Assembly: GCF_004010195.1 (NCBI RefSeq)
Contig: NC_057753.1
Coordinates: 1,002,330-1,066,329, forward strand
Direction: 5' to 3'
Length of the DNA: 64,000 nt
Source: Chiloscyllium plagiosum
Lineage: Eukaryota
Shown here one piece after another: positions 26,040 through 39,984 of this stretch. Below the pieces are notes generated by a model that made no database searches, had not been told where the DNA came from, and saw nothing but the letters and a program-made list of their open reading frames with translations. A program made the position numbers and the translations under genes. Every line of letters starts with the position of its first letter. The first letter of the stretch is position 1.

Positions 26040-26600
26040 GAATGACTATAATGGGGAATCAGGGCATTCGGCCCATCAAATGTACATAGACTCTCAAAAG
26101 AGCAGACCGCTCAGAACCACCGCCTGTAACATTTACCTGTAAACCTGTATATCCCATCGTTAATCCACCTTGCCTGCACGGCCCTGGACAGTATGTGTAA
26201 TTTAGCATGACCTATCCACCTAAGTTGCACATCTTTGGAAAACATTAGGAAAGGTGCAAACCAGAGGAAAGCCATGCGGACACAGTGCAATGTATGAACT
26301 CTACACATACGGTCGTGCAAGTCAGGAATTGAACTCGGGTCCCTGGAGCTGTAAAGCATCAGTGCCACTCTTCACGTGTGGAATGGTGACTGTGGCTCAG
26401 TGGTCAGCGCTGCTGCCGCACAGTATTCGGAACCCTGTTTATTGTCACCCTGGGGCAAACTGCATGCAGTTTGCGTATTCTCCATATGTCTCCCTGGATT
26501 TCATTCCACAGTTCTGAGATATGCAAGTTGGGTGGATTGGCCATGCTATTTGCCCTACTTGTCAAGAAATATGCAGGTTAGGTGATGTTCAGGGGCTGAT
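26040..26600. mobile_element. Two decayed tRNA-derived SINEs (HE1/V-SINE-like), head to head
   Basis: Minus copy ~26040-26370 and plus copy ~26385-26600 (gtggctcagtggtcagcgctgctgcc…gtttgc.tattctcc…gtggattggccatgcta). Confidence 0.7.
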
Positions 26601-26953
26601 GAAATGAGCTGTTTTTGTAATGATTTTCCACATAAACTGTCCATGTACGCATGAACATGCAATATTATAATCTACATTTTCATTCTGCAAACACTAATCT
26701 GAAAATAATACAAATGATTGCATTCCAACAGGTTCAGTTTTTCTTTCATTTATAGCTGATCGGCTCAAACTTCTGGCAATTGAACATGAGAGTAAGATCA
26801 AGCCACCAAAATTAAGGACATGAGTTACATCAGCGAACAATTGGAAGAAGAATACAATTTCAGACCTCCACGCCTATACTATTAGTAACAAACAGAAGAA
26901 GGTGTGAAATATTTACAAAGAAGGGACTCAGTGTAGTATTATTCTTTTGACAG

Positions 26954-27333
26954 TTGAGGAAATGCATCCTCTTAAAATTTACATTATGTCCGCATCCATG
27001 CCCGAGATTGACGTTGAGAACACAGCTGCCCTGGTGTGTCCAGTGAACAGCTTTTATTCTGTGGAGATTTACATCGGCTGGATGGCTAACGACACACTTT
27101 GAGATTCAGGGTGCCAGAGCCCAGTGCAGAAGAGTAGGGGAAATGATCCTAATTCCGTGACCAGTAGCTTGAGACTCACTGCAACAGACTGGAACAGGGG
27201 AACCATGTACTCCTGTTTACCAGAACACTCATCCCTCAGCCACAATTTAATTAGAAGTATAAATATGCCCATGAAAAACCAACGTTAGTTAGTTTCACTT
27301 GTCCAAACTTACAGTTTAAAACCCTGTTCATAA
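26954..27333 (+). pseudogene. IgNAR: IgNAR C5-domain plus secretory-tail pseudo-exon
   Basis: Acceptor attcttttgacag|TT (phase 1). Reads (V)EEMHPLKIYIMSASMPEIDVENTAALVCPVNSFYSVEIYIGWMANDTL*DSGCQSPVQKSRGNDPNSVTSSLRLTATDWNRGTMYSCLPEHSSLSHNLIRSIN, with Cys 27037, Trp 27079, Cys 27214 and an in-frame TGA at 27100-27102. The IY(V/I)GWMANDTLLDSG motif is IgNAR C5-like. A frameshifted tail KPTLV/VSLVQTYSLKPCS* ends at TAA 27331-27333, and the internal G|GTAAA donor for TM splicing is absent. Confidence 0.92.
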
Positions 27334-28219
27334 TCTGAGGTGTCTGCATTATAGATTCCTGTAGATGCAATAACGTCTTTTTGCAAAATCTAAGCAACTG
27401 AGTCAAATTTAGATATTCTGAAATTCTCATGGAGTATTCACTGGCATTACTAGACAAAGATGAAATTGCTTAAGTGGCTTTGATAACTGCAACAAATGAA
27501 GAAATACAATCTGAAGCCTTCAATATCAGTATTTTGCAAATATTATTTTACACTTGAACCAAATATTTATACTCTCCAGTCTGATTTGTGAGCAGTGTAA
27601 TACATCCAGTGCCCAAAGGTTTGCGATCTTTAGCGTTGTTTTTAATCACTTACTACTAGGTGATCTACAAGTTCAGGTAGTACACATCTTGAAGATGGCA
27701 ACTCGCTCTTCATGAACAACATTTTCATTGACCCCGCTGCTGGTCTTCAATAGTGGGTGTGTGAACCTACTAGTGAATGAGCAGAAACGCCCAACAAATA
27801 AACGATAAACCACCCAAACCAATGTCTGCTATGCCTGAAAAACGTCAGTTTCACAATTCCCTGATACATCCTTCTCTTTGGCCATTGTCCGAGACGAAAC
27901 CTGGATTCAGAGTCTCAATGTCGCAATTGAAACCAAGTTGTCTCCAAACACTATTGACTCCACCACTATGACTGGCTGCTTGCCACTCTGAAATTTAACT
28001 CTACTCTCAACTTCTCTTCGCTCACGTGTTGCTGAAAGTGTCAGTCATTCCTTTGTTACCTGCCGATTTGACTATTGGAACTGTCTCCTGGAATGACTCC
28101 ATTCTTCTTGCACGTTTAATAGTATGTATTCACTTTGTCGTCATTTCACATCATTGGTATGGCTTCCACAGTTGCAAATGACAAAATGTATATGTAAATG
28201 GTGTAATGAGAATCTGATT

Positions 28220-28336
28220 GGAACATAGAACATAGAACATAGAACAATACAGCACAGAACAGGCCCTTCGGCCCACGATGTTGTGCCGAACTTCTAACCT
28301 AGATTAAGTACCCATCCATGTACCTATCCAAATGCC
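28220..28336 (-). mobile_element. CR1 3'-terminal fragment, same family as 7200-8938
   Basis: Reverse complement of the 8830-8938 tail, including (catagaa)n. Confidence 0.9.
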
Positions 28337-29809
28337 GGGATTATTAATCCAGGGACCCAGGTTGGTGAACACAGTTGATATCTCAACAGCTGCTGCTTGA
28401 ATTGGAGGTCCATTGGCAAGTCTGTAATTACTCTTAGCAATGGGACCTCAGAGACCATACCGTAAAACACCACTAGTTCATTAAAATACCTTTCATAAAA
28501 CAACATCCCCAAAGCCTGATATGGTCTGTGCAGTCATTTTGTAAATTTACTCGAGGATAGCCACATGAGCATTCCGTTCGTGGGCAACTAGATATCGGCA
28601 AAAAGTGCTGATGCCTTCATATTGTGAAACAAGACATAGTAGATGATCTTGTTGTCCTGCATTACTGGCCTTTTCTGTATCCCGCTTTTCTATTTTTTGA
28701 TTGTTGGCAGTCAATGGCAAATAGATTTAGATCAACAGCAAAAAGGACTATGCTGTTCCATGTCAATATTACGTCTGCTGATCCAATATTTATCACAATG
28801 GTTGCGTTACATGCTCATCTCACGAGGGAACAAGATCATTGTGTAATCTCTCCTGTTCATAATTCGTATGCACAATGTCAAGGTAGAACCTATAGCATTG
28901 GTTAAAAAATTGATTGGCATGCTTCTGTCCAGGTCTATCGTTCAGAAAGTCCAACGTTGTGAATGGAGAGGATAACAATATAAAAAGCCAAAGCAGCGAG
29001 CCGTTATTGCATGTGTCAGGTTTTGCATGGTATATTGTTGGTTAAAAGTCTCCAGTACCAGATTTACGGAAAAGAGTGCAAAGAAGGAATGCAAACAGTT
29101 GACATATTACAAATGAATTAATGTGTCATCTCAGGAAAGTGTACACCTATAGTTATGTCAGAGAATACACACTCACTAACCAACTCTGCGCAACATGTGA
29201 TTGACCTGTCGACAGGTGGTGAGGCCTTTTTTAGCCTCAATTAGTGCTCTGTCCAATGGAATGTAAAGCTGTTTATGTTAACGGGGTCACTGTGACTTTG
29301 GCTCTCATGACTGCCTGAATATTATCTATCTGTCCATCTCAGATGGTGTCTCAATACATAGACAAGTCTGCTCGACGAACTGCTGTACCTGGTAATGTTG
29401 GAGCGTCGCTCTGTTATTGGGGGAAAGGCTGTTTGATAAGTGGTGCATACATCTTCGCTGGTGGTTGTTTTAGAATGGGAGAGATTTGGTGGCATAGGAT
29501 GTGTCATCTGTGCACACAGACAGTATTTCTCTTAGTGGAAGAAAAGAAGAACATATATAAAATTTCCACTCTCTCTTACAAGATCCGAACCCTACAGTTC
29601 TAACGCAATAAGTATATTTTTTACATTATTATGGATATTTTGTCAATCAGTATCAGGATGACAAAAGTAACTGTTACATGTTCAAGACAAGTATGTTGAA
29701 ATTCTAATCCATCACCAAACCGGCGATTGCCATTTTCATGTAATCCTGACTGTTTGTATTCTGCTTTCAACGTGAACACATTTATAGCAATAAACAACAA
29801 TTGCTTCTC

Positions 29810-31785
29810 AAAACCGTGAAGAAGTACTTTAAGTATATTAAAGAAAAAAGAATAACTCTGGAGAGAATAGAGTCCTTTAAGGACGATAGTAATCATTTAT
29901 TTGTAGAACTGCAGGATATGAGCGAGGTTCTCAATAAATATTTCTCCTCTGTGTTTACAATGGAGGAAGACATGGAGAATTGGGAGTTTGGGGAAGGTAG
30001 TGGTGATGTCTTTGGGACAGTCCCTCTTACAATAGAGGAGGTTTTGTATGTATTAGAATGCATGAAGATGGATAAATTTCCTGATTCTGACCGGATATAT
30101 CCAAAAACACTGCAAGGAGCTCGAAAAGAATTTGCGGGGGCCTTGACTGATGTTTTTTACGTCAGTGTTAGCCATGTGTGATGTCCCGGAAGACTGGAGG
30201 TTAGCGAGTTTGGGGCCAGTATTCAAGAAGGGATGCAAAGTAAAGCCTGGGAACTGTAAGCTTAACATCTATGGTGGGTAACTTACTTGATAATATTTTG
30301 AAATAACATTTTCATTCCTTTGGAAAATTGAGCTTGAATGGGAGTAGTCAACGTGGTTTTGTGAGTGAGACATCATGGTTCACAAATTTGTTATAGTTCT
30401 TTGATGAAGTGACCAGCAAGGTTAATGAAGGTTAGGCAGGTGACGTAGTCCACATGGAATTCAGCAAGGTATTTGATAAAGTTCTACATGTTCGGTCGCA
30501 TGGGATATAGGGTGAATTGGAAAATTAGACACAAAATTGGCTTGCTGGTAAGAAGCAGAGGGTAATACTGGAAGTATGCTGGTCGGACTGTAGGCCTGTG
30601 ACAAGTGGAGTGTCCGGAATTTGGTGCATGGAATACCACAGCAGGTCAGACTGCATCCGAGGAGCAGGAGAATCTCCTGCTGTGACAATAAAGCTACGTG
30701 CCTGACCTGCTGTGCTTTTCCAGCAACACAATCACGCCTCTGATGTCCAGCATCTGCAGTCCTCACTTTCTTCCAGTAGTGGAGTCTCTCAGATGTCGGT
30801 GCTGGGCCCGTTGCTGTTTTGTTATCTATATCAATGATTTAGATGAGAATGTACAAGGCATGATTAATACATTTGCTGATAACACTAAAATAGGGGTGTA
30901 CAGAAAGGAAGGTTATCAGAACTTGTAGTAGGCCCTTGATCAGCTGGGGAAGTGGGCCACAAAATGGCAAATGGAATTTAATATCGATAATTGTGACGTC
31001 TTGCATTTTGGAAGGTCAAAAGAAGGTAGGAATTTCATGGAGAATGGCAGGGCCTAAAGGAAGGTTGTTGAATAGATGGATCTTGGAGCTCAGGTTCACA
31101 GATCTCTGAAAGTGGAGTTGCAGGTGGACAAGAGAGTGAAGAAGGTTTTTGGCATACTGGCCTTCATCAGTCAGAACATTGAGTGTAGTATTTGGGAAAT
31201 TATGTTACAGTTATACAGGACGTTGGTGATGCCACACTTGGAGTATTGTGTTCAGATTTGGTGACCTTTTTATGGGAAGGATCTTATTAAACTGGAAAGA
31301 GTTCAGAACATTTGTAAGGATGTTGCCAAGACTCGAGGGTCTGAATCGTTGGAAGAGGTTGGACAAGATAAGCCTTTTCTAATTTACAGAATAGGAGACT
31401 CGCGTGCACCTTAGAGAGTTCTATAAGATCATGAGAGGCATAAATAGAGTGAATGTACTAAGTCTTTTCCCCAGGGTTGAGGAATGGGGGACGACAGGAT
31501 ATCAGTTTAATGTTAGAGGGAAGAGAATAAAAGGTAAACGGGGGAACATCCTTTTTAATACAGAGGGTGGAATGTTTATTGAATGAGATGTCCGCTAAAG
31601 TCATTAAGGTTGGTACGTTATCAATATTTAAAAGGAAGTTGCACAAATGCATGGTTAGGAAAGGATTAGAAGGATGTAGGTTGAATACAGGGAAATAGGG
31701 TTATCATGGATGAAAACTTTGCTTGCCATGGGCCGTTTGGACCAAAGGGTCTATCTATGTGTTGTTGGAATCTATGGCTCGATGC
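29810..31785 (+). mobile_element. CR1-type LINE RT region with a nested Penelope-derived piece (~30620-30775)
   Basis: EVLNKYFSSVFT, YINDLDENVQGMINTFADNTK and LVMPHLEYCVQIW. Confidence 0.92.
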
Positions 31786-31795
31786 ATGTAGGCAG

Positions 31796-31938
31796 AGGAT
31801 GACTCAGAAGTCTACGAGTTTGAAGAAGACACGTTGGAATTTTTTACATGAGCATAGCTGGACTGCCTTCATGTTGATCAGTTTGTAATTTTGTTTACTC
31901 TCAGCATGGCGTATAACTTCTTTGTGACTATGAAAAAG
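31796..31938 (+). pseudogene. IgNAR-type TM1 pseudo-exon
   Basis: Reads (E)DDSEVYEFEEDTLEFFT*A*LDCLHVDQFVILFTLSMAYNFFVTMKK. The C-terminal 19 residues align without gaps to the intact TM1 (FIILFILSTLYSTFVTVLK), with an acidic spacer upstream. Two stops (likely compensating frameshifts) and a donor position reading AAG|ataaaa instead of AAG|gtaata. A CR1 3' end lies immediately upstream. Confidence 0.75.
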
Positions 31939-32099
31939 ATAAAAATGTATTTCGTCTATACTATGGCATTGTGCAATTTTACTGGAAATTGGTATCTGTA
32001 CGAGGATTTATTTGAAGTGCAATATGAAAATGTTTCTTAACCCTCACAGTATAAATTGGCCTTCACTTATCGATTACATGTGATTCACTGACGTGTTCA

Positions 32100-32350
32100 A
32101 TAACCTACAGAGAATGATCGAGTATGCTAGAAAAGCACAGCAGGTCAGGCAGAGAGAATCGATGTTCCAGGCATAAACCCTTCATCAGCAATGAGGCTTG
32201 TGGGTCGGGGTCGAAGAGATAAATGAAAGGGGGTCGGGCTGGGAAAGGTAGCTGAGAATGCAATAGGTAGATGAAGGTGAGCGAGAAGGTGATATGTCGG
32301 AGAGAAGAATGGAGTGGATAGGTGCGAAAGCCGATGGACAGGTCAAGAAT
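32100..32350 (-). mobile_element. Penelope-like 3' UTR fragment with CTGATGA hammerhead-like core
   Basis: Reverse complement of the 25500-25757 type sequence; tcatcag at 32182-32188. Confidence 0.75.
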
Positions 32351-32729
32351 CCCTGAATTGGGTTGACAACGAGAGTTTAGAAGTCATGTTTCCTCTTAGT
32401 AATAAGATAAGGGAGTATTCAATGAATGGCAAGGTATGACAAATCTCTGAGGGGCAGAGGGATCTGGGCTATTTGCTCACAGATCCCCGAAAGGAGCAGG
32501 AAAGATTATTTGCGTGGTGAAGAAGGCACATCCGTTACTTTTCAGGGTGAATCATGGTATAGATTATAAAACGTGGGGAGATTATGTTGGAACTATGCAA
32601 AACTGTTTAGGCCAAAGTTAGAGTACTGTGTGCATTTGTCATTGGCGCACTATAGGAAGAATATAATATCAGTGGACTTAAATACAAAAACAATTGAGAA
32701 TGCTGGAAATCTGAAACAAGTATTTTGCA

Positions 32730-34412
32730 TCAGTATTTACTGTGGAAAAGAACATGGAAGATATAGAATGTAGGGAAATAGATGAAGGCATCTAGAAAAA
32801 TGTCCATAGTACAGAGGAGGAAGTACTGGATGTATTGACATGCAAATAAGTGGATATATCCCCAGACCTGATCAGGTGTACCCTAGAACTCTGTGGGAAG
32901 CTAGGGAAGTGATTGCTGGGGCTATTGCTGAGATGATTGTATCATAGATAGTCACAGGTGAGGTGCCAGAATGCTGGAGGTTGGCTAACGTGGTGCCACT
33001 GTTTATGAAAGGTGGTAATGACAAGCCAAGGAACTATAGACCAGTGAGCCTGACGTCAGTGTTTGGTAAGTTGTTGCAGGGAATCCTGAGGGACAGGATG
33101 TACATGTATTTGGAAATGCAAGGACTGATTAGCGATAGTCAACATGGCTTTGTGCATGGGAAATCATGTCTCACAAACTTGATTGAGTTTTATGAACAAG
33201 TAACAAAGTGGATTCATTAGGACAGAGAGGTAGATGTGATCTATATGGACTTCAGTAAGGCGTTCTATAAGGTTCCCATGGGAGACTGGTTAGCAAGAAC
33301 AGATCTCATGAAAAACAGGGAGAACTAGCCATTTGGATACAGAACTGGTTCAAAGATAGAAGACAGAGGGTGGTGGTAGAGGATTGTTTTTAAGACTGGA
33401 GACCTGTGACTAGTGGAGTGCCACAAGAATCGGTGCTGGGTCCTCTACTTTTTGGCATTCACGTAAATGATTTGGATGAGAGGTATAGTCAGTAAGTTTG
33501 CAGATGAGGTGTAGTGGACAGCACAGAATGTTACCTCAGATTACAACAGGATATTTATCAAATGGGCCAACGGGCTGAGAAGTGGCAGATGGAGTTTATT
33601 TTCGATAAATGTGAGGGATGCTGCATTTTGGGAAAGCAAAGCTTAGCATGACATATACACTTAATGATAAGGTTCTAGGGAGTGTTGCTGAACAAAGTGG
33701 CCTTGGGGTGCAGGGGTTCATAGCTCCATGAAAGTAGAATCGCAGGTAGAACGGACCTGAAGAAGGCGTTTGGTATGTTTTCCTTTATTGGTCAGAATAT
33801 TGAGTACAGGCGTTGGGAGGTCATGTTGCAGCTGTACAGGACATTAGTTAGGTTAATGTTGGAATATTGCTTCCATTTCTGGTCTCGCTCCTGTGGGAAA
33901 GAGGTTGTCAAACTTGAAAGGGTTCAGAAACGTTTCAAAAGGCTGTTGTCAGGTTTGGAGGATTTGAGCTATTTACAGAGGTTGAATAAACTAGGACTGA
34001 TTTCCCTGGAGCGTCAGAGGCTAAGGGTAGACCTTACACAGGTTTATAAAATCATGAGGAGCATCGATAGGATAAACAGACAAAGTCATTTCCCTGGAGT
34101 GGGGGAGTCCAGAAGTAGAGGGCACAGGTTTAGAGTGAGAGGGGAAAGATATAAAAGAGACGTAAGGGGCACCTTTTTCAGGCAGGGTAGGTACTTGTAT
34201 GGAATGAGTTACCAGAGGAAGTGGTGGAGTCGGGTACAATTGCAACATTTAAGATGCATCTGATGGATATATGAATATGAAGGGCTTGGAGGGATATGGG
34301 CCGGGTGCTGGCAGTTGGGACTGGATTGTGTTAGGATATCTGGTTGGCTTGGACAAGTTGGACGGAAGGGTTTGTTTCCTGTGCTGTACATCTGTATGAT
34401 TCTATGACTCTA
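32730..34412 (+). mobile_element. CR1-type LINE RT region to 3' tail (a separate small CR1 fragment lies at ~32400-32670)
   Basis: RNYRPVSLTSVFGK, SQHGFVHGKSCLTNLIEF and LQLYRTLVRLMLEYC; tail tgtatgattctatgactcta. Confidence 0.95.
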
Positions 34413-34849
34413 AAAGCAGAAACAATTCGAAAGTCTCAGCAGGTCTAGGAGCATCAGTGAACAAGATCAGAGTGAACCTTTCGGATCCAGTGATCATGAT
34501 TGGGAACAAGGTTTGCTGAGGGTTTTCAGAAATTTATATTTTTATTTGGAGATTCAATGGAGTGAGTGCAAAGGAGAATCACCGATATTTTGCTTGTAAT
34601 GGAGGATTTTACGTGTGAGCGAGGCTCTACATCTTCAGAGGTGTGTCGGCTGAAATGGGAAACTTATTGAGATGGACGAGACTATAATGGCCATATGCAA
34701 AGTGAATAGGAGTTGCTTTTCCCTTCAAATAAAATGTTCAGTATCAAGAAACGGAAACTGTTAAAGTTCAGGACATAACACTAATCGTGTGAATGAATAA
34801 ATGTTTACTATTAGTTGGTGGGTTGAATAATACCATGGAGAAGTACTAG

Positions 34850-37800
34850 AAATTATTTAAGTAATAAATTTGTGTAAATTAATTAAATAAGTAGAGATGA
34901 CTACACAGGTGATGTGATGTAGCTGTATAATGTGGGAGCTGTCTGATCCCATTATGAATGGCAGTGACCACATTTGCAGTGTTGTATACTGGAAGAAGTC
35001 CGGATCAGAATTAATGATCTGGAATCTGATCTCCAAATACTGCGGCACATTCAGGAGGGGGAGTGCTACCTGGACGCTTTGTTTCAGGAAGCAGATTTGG
35101 TAATTCAAATTCAGTTAGTGATCAGGAACAACAAGGTGTGACTGTAAGTGAGGCAAGTAGGGGTATTCTCAGTTCAGGAGTGGAGGAGCCTCAGCACTTA
35201 ACCTTGTCCTACAGGTATGAGATTTTTGCTCCCTGTATGGATGAGGAAAAGGGCTGTGGGCGGGATAAGCCAGCTGACCACGGCACCGTAGTACAAAGGG
35301 CCTTTCAAGAGAGGGGAGCAAAAGACAAGCATTTGCTATTAGGAACTCTATCATTAGGGGGACAGATCATATCCTTTGCGAGCCAGATCAGGAGTCTCGC
35401 ATGGCGTGTTGTCTGCCGTGCCAGGATGCAAGACATCTCCGACCAGCTTTGAAGGATATTGGAGCGGGAGGGAAAAAAAAAATCCAGGTCTTGTGGCCCA
35501 CGCTGGCACAAACAACAGAGGCAAGGCTAGGAATGACGACCTGATTGGAGAGTATTTAAGCACTAGGAAGGAAATTGAGGAAAAGATCCTTGAGGGTCAT
35601 AATCTCTGGATTAATGCTCGAGCCATGTGTCAATTGGCAAAGGGATAAGAATTAGGGAAGTAAACACGTGGCTAAGAGATTGGTATTGGGAAAGAGGGAT
35701 TCCATTTCATGGGATATTGGCATCAGTTTTGGAACCGCGGCAATCTGTACCATTGGTACATTCTCCAACTGAACTGACCTGGAACCAGTGTTATGGCGAA
35801 AAGGATAAATGGGGTGGTCACTGATAATTAAACTTGTGAGTCGTGGGAAAGGGAAAGGGAAAGCAACAGAGAGCATGGAATATAGCAGCAAGATAAGCAG
35901 CAGGTTAGCATGTGTAAAGGCTTTAAGTTCAAGGCAGACTAGGAATGAAGCAAACAGAAATTGCCATTTGTTTGGACATTTAAGAGAGATGTTGGAAATC
36001 ATCAGGATAAGAAGATAAGCGTTAAGGTGCTTTACCTGAATGCTCATAGTATTCGTGATAAAGCAACTGAATTAATGGCATAAATCATCGTGAATAATTA
36101 TGATGTGGTAGGCATCACAGAGACATGGTTGCAGGGGGTCCAGGACTGGCAGTTAAAAATCCAAGGATTTGCAATTTATTGAAAAGATAGGGTGGTGGGC
36201 AGAGGGGGCGGGGTTTCCTTGTTAGTTAAGAATTAAATTAAATCTATGGCACTGAATGGCATGGGGTCAGATGATGTGGAGTCTGTGTGGGAGTTGAGGA
36301 ACCACAACGGCAAAAAAGGTAATGGGAGTTATGTACAGACCTCCCAGCAGTGGTCAGGACCAGTGGCGCAAGATTTACCAGGAAATAAACAGGCCATGTC
36401 AAAAAGGCAAGGTCACGGTGATCATGGGGGTTGTAATATGCAAATGGATTTGGTGAATAATGTTGCCGGTGGATCCAAAGAAAGGGAATTAATGGAATGT
36501 TTATAGAATGGCTTTTTGGAACGGATTATGATGGAGCCCACAAGGGAGCAGGCTATTCTGGACTTCGTGCTATGTAATGAACCAGACTTTATAAAAGATC
36601 TAAAAGTAAGGGAACACTTCTCAGGCAGCGATCATAATATGGTAGAGTTCAGACTGCAGTTTGAAAGTGAGAATGCAAAATCGGATGTAATGGTGTTACA
36701 GCTAAATAAAGTTAATTACAGAGCATAAGAGAGGAACTGACGGAAATCGACTGAAAACAGAGCCTATTGGGGGAAGACAGTCGAGCAACAATTGCAGGAG
36801 TTTCTGGGTGTAATTAACGACACAGTACAGAGCTGCATCCCAAAGAAAATAAATATTATCCGGGGTGGAGGTGGATAATTAGACAGTCATGGCTGACAAA
36901 TGAAGTTAGGAAATGTATCAGTGAAAATGAGAGAGCCTATAAAGTGACCAAGAGCACTGGAAAATCAGAAGTTTGGCAAGACGACAAAAAAGCAAACAGA
37001 GAAATAAGGAAGGAGAGAGTATGAATGTAAGCTAGCCAGTAATATTAGAAATGATAGTAAAAGTTTCTTTCAATGCATAACAAACAAACGAGAGGCAAAA
37101 GTAGAAATTGGGCCTCTCCAAATTATGCAGAAAGGCTAATGCTTGGAGATAAGCAAATAGCTGCGGAACTTAGTAAACATTTTGTGCCAGTCTCCACAGT
37201 GGAAGACATGAGCAATATCCCAATAAGTTAGGAGTCAGGGGGAAGAGTTGAGTATGGTAGCCATTACAAAAGAGGAAGTGGTAGAGAAACTAAAAGTGTC
37301 TAGAGTTCTGAGTGAGGTGGCTGGAGAAATAGTGGAGGCGTTGATTTTCGTCTTTCAAAAATCACTGGAGTCAGGGAAAGTCTCTGATGATTGGAAAATT
37401 GCTGTTGTAACCCTTTTGTTCAAGAAAGGATCAAGACAAAAGATGGAAAAGTATAGACTGACTCGCCTAACCTCAGTTGTAGGTAGAATTCTAGCATCCA
37501 TCGTTAAGGGTGAACTTCCTAATTTCTTTGAAGCACAGAGTCGGATTAGACCAAGGCAGCATGGATTTTGTAAAGGGCGATCGTGCCTGAGAAAACTATA
37601 AGAATTCTTTGAAGAGGTAACAGGTCGGTTAGACCAGGGAGGTACAGTGTATTTAATCTATCTCGACACTCAAAAGGCCTTTGATAAGGTGCCTCACGAG
37701 TGACCGCTGAGTAAGGTGAGGGACCACGGTATTCGAGGTGAGCGACTGGCATGGATTGAGAAATAGCTGTCTGACAGAAGACAGAGAGTTGGGATAAAAG

Positions 37801-38815
37801 GTTCTTTTTCGAAATGGCAGCTAAAGGCAAGTGGTGTTCTGCAGAGTTCAGTGTTGGGGCCGCAGCTGTTCACTTCATATATTAATGATCTGAATGAAGG
37901 GACTAGGGGCATTCTGGTGAAGTTCGCCGATGATACCAAGTTAGGCGGGCAGGCTGAGGAAGTGGAGATGCTGCAGAAATATTTAACAGTTTAGGAGAGT
38001 TGTCCAGGAAATGTCTGATGAAATTTAACGTGAGCAAATGCAAGGTCTTGCACTTTGGACAAAAGAATACAGGCATGGACTATTTCCTAAATGGTGAGAA
38101 AATTCAGAAAGCTAAAGTACAAAGGGATTTGGGTGTGCTCGTCTAGGATTCTCTAAAGGTTGACTTCCAGATTGAATCCCTGATTAGTAAAACAAATGTA
38201 ATTTTGTCAGTTTTCTCAAGAGGGGTGGAATATTAAAGCAGTGCTGTGTTTCTGAGACTTTACAAATCTCTTGTTAGGCCCCATTCAGAATACTGTGTCC
38301 AATTTTGGAGACCACACCTAAAGAAAGACATACTGGCACTGGAGTGCGTCCAGCAGAGATTCACATGGGTAATCCCTGGAATGGTTTGTCTAACATACGA
38401 CGAACGGGTGAGTATCCTGGGATTCTATGCATTAGAGATTAGAAGGTTGAGAGGAGATCTAATAGAAATTTCCAAGATAATGCTTGGAAAGGGTGGACGC
38501 TGGGAACTTGTTTCCATAGGCGGGGAGACTAGGACCCATGGGCACAGCCTTAGAATTAGAGAGGATCAATTTAGAACGGAAATGAAGTGACATGTCTTCA
38601 GCCAAAGAGTAGTGGGCCTGTGGAATTCATTGCAATGGAGGTTATATGTATGCAAGGGAGAGATGGATAAATTTTTGATCTCGCAAGGAATTAAGGGCTA
38701 TGGGCAGAGTGCTGCTAAATGGAGTTGAAATGCCCATCAGCAATGATTAAATGGCAGAGTGGACTCGATAGGCCGAATGGCCTTACTTACACTCCTATGT
38801 CTTATGGTCTTATGG
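34850..38815 (+). mobile_element. Near full-length decayed CR1-type LINE (ORF1 with SGNH-esterase remnant; ORF2 APE endonuclease plus RT)
   Basis: VAHAGTNN, YLNAHSI, ITETWL, ILDFVLCN…SDHNMV, KFADDTK and LVRPHSEYCVQFW; tail cttatggtcttatggt. Confidence 0.95.
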
Positions 38816-38944
38816 TTAGGGGGGTTTCAGAATAGAACATTTCACCAGATGGTGGTAGTTGTCTGGAATACATATTCTGGAAAGGTAGTAGAGGTGAAAA
38901 CATTCGAATCGTTAAAGAGTGTTTGGATGAGCATTAGTGATGTC

Positions 38945-39790
38945 ATAAGACCATAAATCTATGAGATCCTAAGACATAGGAGCAGAATGAGTCCATTCAA
39001 TTCATCGAGGAAGATCTATCATTTCATTGTAGTTCATTTTTAACCTCATCGCCTGCTTCCTTCCTGTAACCCTATATCCCATTTTTAATTTACAAATGAT
39101 CCATTTGTATCGTAATACACTCAATGACTTGATCTTCGCAGCTTATGATGGCAAACAGACCCACAGATTCACCACACTCTGGTCGGTGAAATTCCTCTTT
39201 AACACAGTTCCAAATGATCGTCAGTTCAAGCTGAATCTCTAGCCTGGAATCCGAGACTCTCTGACTACGAGAAACAAATTCGCCATGTCCACTATATCCC
39301 AAACCTCCCTGCATTCTCTAATCATGTCTGACCACTGTCTAATACAACATGAGAAGTACATCGGTACTCTTGCTTTCCACCCCTCCTAAAATGAATGCTA
39401 ACATTGCATTTTCCTTCCTAACTGCCAGCTGAACTTGTATCAAACCATTAGACAATCCGGAACTAGAATTTCTTGTATTTCAGATTTTCTAAGCCTTTCC
39501 CCGTTCAGAAAATAGCCAACGGCTCTATTCTTACTACTGAAATGTACAAATTCACTTTTCCACATTCTACTTCCTCTGCTACTTTTTGTGCACTTTCCTA
39601 GTCTGTTCAAATCGTTCTGAATCCTCTACATTTTTCTCAAATCTACCTCTTCCTCCAACGATCTTTTCATCACTTGCAAACTGAGCAACATTGCCATCAA
39701 TTCCTTCCTCCAGTTCGTTAACATATAACATAAATCGTTGTTGTCCAAATGCTGATACTTACAGGAATCCACGAGTGAACAGCTGCCATC
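38945..39790 (-). mobile_element. Antisense CR1 3' fragment nested in another CR1 tail
   Basis: cataagaccataa tail on the + strand and decayed RT C-terminal sequence on the minus strand. Confidence 0.7.
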
Positions 39791-39984
39791 TGAAAAGGAA
39801 GGGCCAAGTACTAGGAAGTGGGATTCCTGTAGATAGCTAAGTACCAACGCGATGGGCCATAGGGTATCTTCTGTGTTGCGTGACTATTTAACTCTTGGGG
39901 TGAGCCCAGAATGAGAGAACTGTTTTCAGCTTTCTGTTTAAATTTTTAAGTTTGCAATTTTAACATTTATGCATTTTGATACAG

